Made by a program: the position numbers and the translations under genes. Positions 38,360-48,566 of a DNA stretch of 64,000 nucleotides are shown here, piece after piece. The first letter of the stretch is position 1, and every line of letters starts with the position of its first letter. The DNA comes from Paraspadella gotoi (lineage: Eukaryota; Animalia; Chaetognatha). The stretch lies in the NCBI GenBank assembly GCA_051294375.1, contig JBJCIZ010000239.1:5594993-5658992 (forward strand). Reading direction: 5' to 3'. The notes under the pieces are model-generated. The model was not told the origin of the DNA and did no database searches. It was given only the letters and a program-made list of their open reading frames with translations.

Positions 38360-41300
38360 TTTCGACAATGATACATTACTACATTACTTCACGGTATTTT
38401 TAACGTTCATTAAGCTTCGCCATAGAATGAAACTTGTATAGGAATGTTTAGCTCTTTTTTCGTAATGTATTGTTTAAAAAGGGCAGAAATAAATTAATTG
38501 CCATATAATTTGGGAATTTTTTTTCTATTTAAATTCTTTCTTTCCTTCCATCTTTTCTTGCTTTCTTTCTGACTTATATTGCCTCTCTTTATTCTCATTT
38601 CTTTGCTAATTAACGCAATCTATCTCTCTCNNNNNNNNNNNNNNNNNNNNNNNNNNNNNNNNNNNNNNNNNNNNNNNNNNNNNNNNNNNNNNNNNNNNNN
38701 NNNNNNNNNNNNNNNNNNNNNNNNNNNNNNNNNNNNNNNNNNNNNNNNNNNNNNNNNNNNNNNNNNNNNNNNNNNNNNNNNNNNNNNNNNNNNNNNNNNN
38801 NNNNNNNNNNNNNTCTCTCCTTTTCCAATCCTTTCATCTCTTTTCATCCCGCTTTGTATGTCGACTTCAAATTTTTTTCTTGTTTTTCAGATGTTTCTTT
38901 AAAATTTCATTCTTCAGCTTCAGTTTTCAACTTTTCTCCATTTTTTTCCCAGTTGTTCCTTTTTCTTTCTTCTGGATATATAAAAGAAAAAAGTGGAAAC
39001 CAAAGGGGAAAAAAAACTCGGGCGATATTTTCCATTAGTATTTAATTTTAAATATTGGGTTAAGGATTAGGGTTAGTGTTTAGGGTTAGGATTTAAGTTT
39101 CAAATATTGGGGTTATGGGATAAGATAAGGATTAAGGTTAGGATTTAGATTAAAGCTAAACATTGTTATTCCTAGCCCTAATGTTACATATTAAATATTT
39201 GATTAAATATTTATTTAAAAATTTATATTGTTTTAAAATTAAATAATAATTAGTGAAGTTGATTAAAAATTAATAAAAGATTAAATTGTTTTGAAATTGA
39301 GTTCATTGATTAACAACAGTAATGAGTCGCTTTGAAATAAGTGCGCCAAAAGTTGAAACAAAGGAGAAAAAAAAGATTTAGTGGATTTACGAATTTGGAA
39401 TTGAGTCTGAGTTACAACCGAAAAAAAAAAAATTTCAATCTTTTTTTTTGTTTTCATATCCGAAAAATCGAAATGCGGATTTTTTTTTTAATTCCCTAAA
39501 AATCAATCGTAGCTTTTGGGACCAAATGAATAAATTGATAAAAAGGGGAAATAGTGATCTGGTGTTATTTATATTAATATTTGATTAATGAAAATTCCAA
39601 GATTGCTTATCTTTTACTATTTTTAAAATAATATCAAAGGCCTGCTTTTTGAAGACAATATTTAAAATTTTAGATACTGATCCAAAAGCTACTTTTATCT
39701 TTTATTTAAAAAAAAAACAAATATTTACATTTTTTTCAAGCGAATAGAAATTTACATATTCTAAAATATAAAAAAAAATTAATAAAATCTTCATTTCTCG
39801 TCTTTTTTAGTTTAAATCCAAATGACTCCTTCCATTTTGAAAAAAAAAAAAAAGACGAAAGAAATTTGCCATCTGATGCCTAAAACAGAAGGGACCAGCC
39901 CGTCTTAGCAAGAGCATATTGCTTGCCAATTATAATTTACTAGTATTACTTGTATTAGTAAAGTAGTAAAGCAGTTCAGCAATTATTTCTGTTCTTCCTT
40001 ATTCGAGCTTGATTGATTTATTGATTGATTGATTGATGGATTGAATTTATTAAATTATTTTATCCCTTAAATTCCCCTTTTCCATTTTTCACTTCTTAAT
40101 TCTTTTAACTATTCCATTTTCTCTTTTCCCCTTTTTCCCTTTNNNNNNNNNNNNNNNNNNNNNNNNNNNNNNNNNNNNNNNNNNNNNNNNNNNNNNNNNN
40201 NNNNNNNNNNNNNNNNNNNNNNNNNNNNNNNNNNNNNNNNNNNNNNNNNNNNNNNNNNNNNNNNNNNNNNNNNNNNNNNNNNNNNNNNNNNNNNNNNNNN
40301 NNNNNNNNNNNNNNNNNNNNNNNNNNNNNNNNNNNNNNNNNNNNNNNNNNTTTCCCCTTTTCCCCCTTCATCCTTTTCCCATTTCCCTCCTTTCCCTTTT
40401 CACCCAATTTCCCCTTTTCCCTCTTCATCCTTTTTCCATTTTCCCCCCCAATTCCCTCTTTTGTCCCAAATCGTGAGGGATTTGTTCTCGGATCCCGAGA
40501 GGAAATTAATTGGGACTTTCACTCGAACTTCGTCGTCGTCGTTCGTCGTTCGTCGTCGTTGTCGTCGTTGGTCGTCGTTCGTCGTCGTCGTTTGTCGTCC
40601 TCGTTCGTCGTCTTTGTAGTTTTTGTTATCGTCGTCGTCGTCGTCGATGTAGTCTTTGTTGGCGTTGTTGTCGTCATTTTTTTCTCTTTTTTTTCGCTTT
40701 TTCCCTCTTGTTTTCTTTCTTCCTGTCTTTCATTTTTTCTTTCTGTCTTTCTTTTTTCTTTCTGTCTTTCTTTTTTTCTTTCTGTCTTTCTTTTTTTCTT
40801 TCTGGCTTTTTTTATTCCTATCTTTCTATTTTTCTTTCTGTCTTTATTTCTCACATTCTTTATTCTTTTTCATTTTCTTGTCTTCTCTTGTCCTGTCATG
40901 CTTTGTCATGCTTTGTCCTGCGTTCCATTCCCCGTAAGAATAATTTTATTTTAACAATTATCTTGTGGTTGTGTTTTAGTATAAATTTAAAAATTTCAAA
41001 TCGCGATTTTCGATCCAAACCCAGAAAGGCAAGGAATTTGAAAATAGATTTTAATAAAGTATTTTTATCGTCGCAATAAAAATTTTTTTTTTAAATTTTA
41101 TTTGGTCTTATTCTGTATTTTACTTAATATCCTATTTATGCCCAATAAAGAGAAGAGAGAGAGAGAGCGAAAGAGAGAGAAAGAGAGAAATCGCTCACGA
41201 CTAAGCCACGACAACTTTTCTTTATATCCTATTTATAAACAATAAGGAGAGANNNNNNNNNNNNNNNNNNNNNNNNNNNNNNNNNNNNNNNNNNNNNNNN

Positions 41301-41676
41301 NNNNNNNNNNNNNNNNNNNNNNNNNNNNNNNNNNNNNNNNNNNNNNNNNNNNNNNNNNNNNNNNNNNNNNNNNNNNNNNNNNNNNNNNNNNNNNNNNNNN
41401 NNNNNNNNNNNNNNNNNNNNNNNNNNNNNNNNNGGGACGACTGCGTCTGACAAGTTTTTTCGATACTAAAAGTTAAGGAGATGACTGAAGACGCAAAATC
41501 CGATTTAAAAATTCAAAAACATTATTTTTTTCTTGGGAGAAAGGTGACGAAAAATATTTAAGCCTCTTACGGAAGCAATATTTTTTGTATTGGCATTTTT
41601 TTTCAACAAACTTTTTTTTTGACACGGCAATACCCTTCGTTGTTTTTTACTTGACTAAGTCGTTTTAATCTATAAT

Positions 41677-42005
41677 CCGTCATGACCCGGTGGCTCATGA
41701 GAACCAGGTACCGGGATCGATGCTTCCTACCCTGCGGAAAGCGTTAGGATGGCCGTAAACCGCCCTGAGAGCCTGGAAAACTTCTCAAACTTGGTTCCAA
41801 GCCCGGGAACAGTTCCATTGCCTGCTGAGGGCGGGAACTGAAGTTACGGATAGTAGTCTTCCAGGCCCGCTTAGCGCCTCATCCAAACCAAATCCAGACA
41901 CATACAGTGAAATAAAAATTATCTCCTGTGGCCAGCAAGACTATTAAAGCTGCCTCACTGCTGTCCGTCCTCAGCCTCGTCTCAATGGCTGAGCAGGGCT
42001 AAATA
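41677..42005 (+). mobile_element. SINE-like element, copy B, with 3' hairpin tail
   Basis: gacccggtggctcat...ggtaccgggatcgatgc head, twister-like body, tail ctcagcc-tcgtctcaat-ggctgag. Confidence 0.75.
41733..41816 (+). ncRNA. P5-type twister ribozyme candidate (copy B), general-base G substituted
   Basis: gt-TA-GGA-tggccg-TAA-ac-c-GC-C, P3 tgagag/ttctca, P4 cttgg/ccggg, canonical loop T-TCC-AA-GC; TCC pairs with GGA (T1) and GC with GC (T2). Confidence 0.6.
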
Positions 42006-42469
42006 CATCTCATTCCATCCCATGCCGTCCCGGGTTCCAATCCCTGAGTATCCCGGTTTTCTAGGCTTAAACTGTGACGGTGCCGGTTTTAAACATGCCA
42101 GTGACAGGAGGGGCGCGTCACTGGAGGGTCCGGCAGCCCCACGCCAGTGGTGAGATACCCCCCGCCCCGGGATATCACAGGCTATCCTCCGTGCCATACT
42201 CCCATCAAATTTGACTCGCTGACTTTTAAGACCATCGATGCTCCCTTTCCCCCAATTCAGCTCCTTTCTCCCCCCCCCCGTACTCCACAACCCCCCCCCC
42301 TCTAAATCCATCCCCACCGTTGTCCAAACATCATGCCGCGCCTTCCAAACTCTCCAGCCCTCGTGGGGCGTTCTCTTCAACTCGCCTCTACATTTTCTTC
42401 TCATCAGTATGTCGACGATGCATCTTATACCGCGTCTTCGTCTCGCTCTTCAACTCGCGTCGATGACGC

Positions 42470-43100
42470 TGCTTTTTTTGTTAAGCGCCCCCCCCCTTAT
42501 TTCTGTACTCTTATATACATGAACCTAACTTTGACCCTATTAATTAACCCAAATCATTAAACCTAATCCCTAACGCTAATCCCTGACCAAAACCTAATCT
42601 TTGACCCTATTTCTAATCTTTTAAATCTTATAAAAAGTATTTATCTTCAAATCCATAACCAAATTACTAACTTAAAACTAATCCTGAACTCTAAACCCTA
42701 ATTTTTTAACCCTAATCTCTTGCCTAACCATAACCCAAATTCCTGACAGTAACCCTAATCCTTAATCCTTAACTCTAATCCCTAACCTCTAACCTCTAAT
42801 ATTTAAACATGAAAAACTTAATCCTTTAATCCTTAGGTTAGGGCGCTTTGGTGAAAGAAACTGGTTTCATTTTCCCTGAACGTCCCATTTCATTTTAAAA
42901 TCATAGTTAAATATTTTGTTAGGGTTAAAAATTAAAAAGAATTAAGGGTTAAGGATTACTTTATGGTTAAAGATTAAGGTTAAGAAATAGAGCGTGGGAT
43001 TATCTTACGAGTTTGGTAACAGATTAAGGTTAAATATTAGAATTAAAACTAAGTATTAAAAATTTAAAAACAGATATGGGTCGCTTTTGGAAAAGAGAGC
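42470..43100. mobile_element. Two adjacent, oppositely oriented telomeric-repeat MITE-like elements (42470-42861 and 42863-43100)
   Basis: gctttttttgttaagcgccc..(ccctaa)..gggcgctttggtgaaagaaac, then ggtttcattttccctgaacgtccc..(ttaagg)..gggtcgcttttggaaaagagagc. Confidence 0.65.
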
Positions 43101-43113
43101 TTAAAAATTCCAG

Positions 43114-43756
43114 GTCGCATTCGTCTTCCTCTTTCTCGGCGAAACTGCAGGAACACTTCCTCTGTTCCCCTTCGCTTGGCGAAACTGGACAGTGAAGACT
43201 CCCAGTCGATGGATCACATTTTTAATCCTCGGTTTCCTCATCAATCTAAACTTCATCATCTGGCGCGCATGCGCGGACGCCATGCCCCTCGGCGTCTTCA
43301 GCGCCATCGCCGGCTGCGGCTTTTTCTTCGCCCCGGCGATCACCGCGGCTCTGCAAAGACGCTGCATCGGCCGCGTGGACGCCCTCGGCGTCGTCGTCGC
43401 CATCGTCGGTCTGCTGCTGGTGACGCATCCTCCGTTTCTTTTCAATCATCCCGTCAACGCCCCCGCGTGGGCCTACGTCTTCGCGATCCTTCAAGCCGCC
43501 ATCTGTCTTTCGTTTCCTTTCTTCTTTGGCGCGACGGCCGACGCTCATTGGTCCAATTTTCTCGTGCTGCGCGTCATTTGCAGCACCCTCGTCGCCGCCG
43601 TCTGCTTCGCCGTCTCTGGCGGCGTCGCCGCGTTCGCTGCGGCGCCCCTGACGCCGCTGGCCGACGTCTTTCTCGTCGGCGTCATCTCAACCATCTACCG
43701 ATTGGCGCAACAAGTCGGTTGCTACGAGTTGGAGGCGTTCGACGCGGGCCTTGCAG
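43114..43756 (+). CDS. EamA/DMT-family (SLC35G-like) membrane transporter, main exon
   Basis: ttccag| acceptor, open 214-codon frame with many TM segments, MPLG...AI and GLLLVTHPPFLF (compare SLC35G RPPFLF), gcag|gtag donor in phase 1. Confidence 0.85.
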
Positions 43757-44085
43757 GTAGAGGGGCGTAGTCTGTCGAATTGTAGATGGCGTTAGTCTGA
43801 ATTTCGAATATGGGAAAAAAAACTCTTCATTGTAAAACTTATATAAATTTTCTTAAGAAAAGAATTATGGCAAATAAAATTTATAAAATTACATTAAAAC
43901 TAGTAATTAGATTTTGAATTTTTATTTATGGAAATGAATTATCAAGATATTGAAAATTTTTTTATTGAAAAAAAAATCTTGTAATTATAATTTTTTTAAA
44001 ACTTTTTTTAATCAGAATTTATTAGTTATTTATTTAATTTATAATATTTTGAATCTTTGATCTCCGCCAACGCCAATTCGCATGA

Positions 44086-44137
<52 letters not shown>

Positions 44138-44140
44138 CAG

Positions 44141-44352
44141 GGACGTTGGGAAATCTCATAAACTCCGGCAACATCGCGTCGACGGCGCTGTTGTCCATGG
44201 CGTTCTTCGGCGAGAGATTGACGCCGTTGGAAGCGGTGGGCGTGGCCGTCATCTTCGTCGCCATCTTTGTCGTGACGATGGCGAAGAGTTTTGAGAAGAG
44301 GAGGAGGAAAGAGGAGGAGGAAGAGGAGGAAAAAGGAGGAGGGGGAGGGTGA
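44141..44352 (+). CDS. EamA/DMT transporter, terminal exon
   Basis: (CT)n-ccag| acceptor, phase-compatible with the previous exon; ALLSMAFFGERLTPLEAVGVAVI matches the EamA C-terminal 'lGErl...lG..li' pattern; stop at 44352. Confidence 0.85.
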
Positions 44353-44785
44353 GGAAGAAGGAGAGGGAGAGAGGAAGGAGAAATCCGCTCTTGAATGAAA
44401 ATGGAGAGAGAATTTCGGAAGAATAAGATATTTTTTTCTCAAAAGTTTAAAAAGAAGATAAACCTGCGAATGTTATTTTATTATTTTATTTTTTTTTTTT
44501 TTATAAAAAAATTACATTTTTTCATTATGTAAATCAGTGAAAGGTCTTTCGACCGAAATACTCAAATTGTTTCGATGTATAAATTATCTCGACCCTTGAT
44601 CCCTTAATCTAAATATTTAACCTACTTATGTTACCTTAACCTATAACTCAATTCTTAACCCTAATCCCTAATCTTAACTTAATCCTTAACCTAAACCATT
44701 AACCTATTTCCCGATCGAAATTTAAAATTTACGTTAAATTCCAAATTTAAGATGAAATAGGGCGTTCTGGGAAAATAAGGCGCTT

Positions 44786-44935
44786 CGGGCATGGAGGCTT
44801 TTCCACGCCCCCTAGGCGGTGTACGGCCGTCCTCACGCTTCCCGAAGGGAAGGCACTGGCTTTACTCAATGAGCCACCCGGTCATAACGGGGATTGATAT
44901 TACCCTGCGGAGTGAACCTGGGCAATGACCGCTTC
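44786..44935 (-). mobile_element. SINE-like element, copy C (internally deleted, truncated at a MITE end)
   Basis: Minus strand reads gaccgggtggctcattgagta...cgggaagcgtgaggacggccgtacaccgcc-taggggg...gcctcca. Confidence 0.7.
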
Positions 44936-46296
44936 ATATATTACGTTATTATACATTATTAGGCAGCCAAATTTAAACGAAGTTAATATATATGCGTTAC
45001 TCAAAAATAATCGCTGCTGTTATCATGCCTGTTTATTATTTTTTTTAACTGTATGTTGATGTTAAGAATTAAATGGTTATATTTTCCTTTACTGTTTAAA
45101 CAACAAGACTGAAAAAAATGTCTCACAGTTCCTGCAATTTTTCGAAAGAGTACTTGCGTTCTTTTTCGTGACGCTGTGTGTACCGCCGCGTGTCAATCTT
45201 CGTGTGACGGTGCGTGTGACGCTACATGTCAAGCTCTGTGTGACGGTGCGTGAGACGTCTCGTCCGCCACGATTTTGACGACGTCATCGTTTTCCTTCAT
45301 TTTTTTCTTACACATTTACAATTTACTTTTTTTTTTCACTTTTTCCTCCTTTTTTTCCTTTTTTTCAGTGGAAGGGGAAAAAAAAGGTTTTTCCCCTTCT
45401 CTTTTTCTTGTTTTTCTTTTCCCTTCCTTTGCTTTTTCCTTATTTTTGTTTTCAACTTACTCCTCTCTTTTTCCTTATGTTTCTTTTCCTATTTCCTCAC
45501 TTCTTTTCCTTATTTTTCTCTTCCCTTCCCCCCTCCCATNNNNNNNNNNNNNNNNNNNNNNNNNNNNNNNNNNNNNNNNNNNNNNNNNNNNNNNNNNNNN
45601 NNNNNNNNNNNNNNNNNNNNNNNNNNNNNNNNNNNNNNNNNNNNNNNNNNNNNNNNNNNNNNNNNNNNNNNNNNNNNNNNNNNNNNNNNNNNNNNNNNNN
45701 NNNNNNNNNNNNNNNNNNNNNNNNNNNNNNNNNNNNNNNNNNNNNNNNNNNNNNNNNNNNNNNNNNNNNNNNAAAGAGAGAGATTTCTCTCTCTCTCTCT
45801 GCTCTCCTCTCTCTTCCTCTCTCTCCTCTCTCTCTCCTCTTCTCATCTCGTCTCAGTCTTCAGTTCTCCAATTCCTCTTCTTCTTGTTTGCCTTCGTTAG
45901 AGGTAATAAAAATGGGAGAGAAAGACGCAAATATGGCGAAAGACGAATTTCCTAGAAGCGACGACGACGACGTCATCGAACAACGACGACGATGATGCCG
46001 ACGACAGCAACGACCATGACGACAACGACGACGATGACAGCGACAATGACGATAATGATGAAGATGAAGACGCCGATGATGATGACAACGACGACGATGA
46101 CGTCTTAAAATATGAAGACGCCGACGACGTCGACAATGGACGACGAAAAACAAAGACCTACACGACGCCGACGACGACGACGACGACGACTACGACGACG
46201 ATAGCAAAAATCGAAGACAGAATTTCTAAAAAGCTTTTAACGAATCCTCGAAAATGCCAATCAAAATCGAGAAGAAGTCGTTGCGATCGCCGTTCC

Positions 46297-46655
46297 GGTC
46301 ATATTTTTGAAAAGGGCCTCGTTTCAACATAAATTCAGAATTGAGTACGGGGTTAGGAGAAGGGTGAGGCTCAGAACTTTGTTGGGAGATTTGGTTGAGG
46401 ATTAGGGTTATGGATTAAGAATTCGGGAAGGGGGTTAGGGTTGAGGATTAAGAATTCGGGAAGGGGATTAGGGTTGAGGATTAAGAATTCGGGAAGGGGA
46501 TTAGGATTAATGATTAAGAATTCGGGAAGGGGATTAAGGATTATGATTTCTCGTACGCTTTCGGGATCTCTTTAACTATTTGGTGAAATAATAAAATTGA
46601 GTTCAGAGAATATAAATTATAAATTAGAAGAATGAGGCGCTTTAGGGAAATAATT
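46297..46655. mobile_element. Telomeric-repeat MITE-like element containing a 33-bp x4 minisatellite (46412-46543)
   Basis: Ends ggtcatatttttgaaaagggcctc / gaggcgctttagggaaataa; unit ggattaagaattcgggaaggggattagggttga. Confidence 0.65.
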
Positions 46656-46987
46656 CAACCGTTCCCATCGTCGTCATCGTCGTCGTTGTCGTCGTCGTCA
46701 TCGTCCTCCTCGGTGAGGAACGGTGAAAATCCCACAGCGAAGACGTGCGGACTGCGTTGTGAATTGTGAATGTAACCCGGTTTCGATGAACCCTCCAGTG
46801 GCCGCGGAAAAACGGGGATATTTTTTTCTTTCTTTCTTTTTCTTTCCAGTTTTGAGTTTTTTTTCATTTTATTTCTTTTTTTCTCTTCAACTCATTTTCT
46901 CCTTTTTCTTTTGTTAAAAACTTTAATTTCTTTACCTTCCACCCGTCTAGGGTCTTCTCTTACTGAGCATAATAATTTTGATTTCCG

Positions 46988-47225
46988 CAGGACATTGCAC
47001 CGAGTTAAACCCTTAAGTAAACCGTCTTTAAGCATAAGTTATTCAGGTGTGACCCCGTGGCTCATTGAGTATAAGCTAACGGCTCATGAACATTAAGTAC
47101 CGGGAACGTCGCCGAATATTGCCTACCCCTCGGGAAGCGTGAGGGCTGCCGTAAACCGCCTTGGGGGGGGCGTGTAAGCCTCGTTCCAAGGTCCCGTTTC
47201 ATTGTTCCCTAGGGGGCGCAAATAA
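46988..47225 (+). mobile_element. SINE-like element, copy D
   Basis: gaccccgtggctcattgagta...ggctcatgaa...gtaccggg...cgggaagcgtgagggctgccgtaaaccgcc...cctcgttccaag. Confidence 0.75.
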
Positions 47226-47777
47226 TACCGAATGTTGTCTTCAGCCACTTTGCGCCTTCTCTACAGATTTTTGCTGCAGATGCACTCTTGAAGTATTATT
47301 TATAAGTATACGATGTTATAAATACAAAAGTAAGAAACGATAAATAAAAGCTAGGTTTTCCTTTTCATTACTAATCTCTTCTTTCCTCTCTTCAATTCAT
47401 TTTAGTTCAGACTTTTGAAGCGACCTCGGTCAATGCCGGTTATGGCGCAAAGAAAAAGTGGACGACAACGACGACGACGTGGACAATGTCAATACGGATT
47501 ACGACAACCGACACGATGACGACGACAAGGACGACGAAGACAACGACGATGTCAATACCGATTATGACAAGCCAGACAACGACGATGACAACGAAGGGGA
47601 CGACTAAGATGGCGATGCCGACGACGACGATGACGACGACGACGGCCACTAAGTCGATGACGATGTCAATAAAGATTTCGACAAGCTAATAGAAAACGAC
47701 AAGCAGGACAAGGACAATCAGGATGTCGATACGGATGGCGACGACGACGACGACGACTAAAACGACGATGTAAAAAG

Positions 47778-48150
47778 GATGGGGTAAAAAAAAAAGAGAC
47801 GACTCATCATTAAAACGACGACAAAAGTTCATTTGCTTCGACTAGGAAACGGTTGTCGTCGTTGTGGTTGTTGTCGTCGTCGTTGTCCTTTTTGTCTTTG
47901 TCGTCGTCGTCGAAGTTGTTGTCGTTGTTAGCGTCGTTGTTGTCGTCGTCGTTATCGTCTTTGTCGTTATTGACAATGTGGGCCTTTTTATTATTTCGTC
48001 GTCGTAGTTTATTTGGAGTGTTTGCTCGATCTTCATTGGTTGCGACGTTGCAACAACGAAATCAGAAGGACGGAATCCGCTGCAGAAACCCCACCATCGT
48101 GTCGAGGGACTTGAATTGGATTGGGTCCAAAGAAGTGAGCCGGAAGAGGC

Positions 48151-48210
<60 letters not shown>

Positions 48211-48515
48211 GAAGAGAGAGAGAAACAAAGAGAGAGGCGTTTCCTTTGTTTCCGATTGAATAATGAAATTCATTGAGCAATCGAGAACAGTTGGTACGAG
48301 AGAGAGAGAACGAGAGCAGAGTAGAAGGCGAGAGAAGAGAGAGAGAGAGGCGATGAGCGAGAGAGCGAGAGAGAGAAGAGAGAGAGAGTAATAGAGAGAG
48401 AGAGCAGAGAGAAAGAACCCAAAAAAGAGGGCGCATAATCACATTGTTCCGATCGAGTCTAAGGATCATGTGACTTAATAAGAAAGTTGAACGGAGAGAA
48501 GAGAGAGAGGGAGAG

Positions 48516-48566
<51 letters not shown>

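Noticed and set aside
40455-40530. WD40-like peptide FLSGSENKSLTIWDKR on the minus strand
   Set aside because: Single short match between low-complexity tracts, with no splice donor or further repeats
41845-42005. HDV-like ribozyme in the SINE 3' half (acggatagt pairs with gctgtccgt; ggctaa after a hairpin)
   Set aside because: No G after P1' to form P1.1, L3 is the wrong length, and P2 is unconvincing in all copies
42385-42412. Minimal hammerhead on the minus strand (ctgatgag-aa-gaaa)
   Set aside because: No stem II closure, stem III or cleavage triplet
45900-46210. Asp/Thr-rich ORFs here and at 47440-47760
   Set aside because: Decayed (GAC)n microsatellite with stops and no clear splice signals
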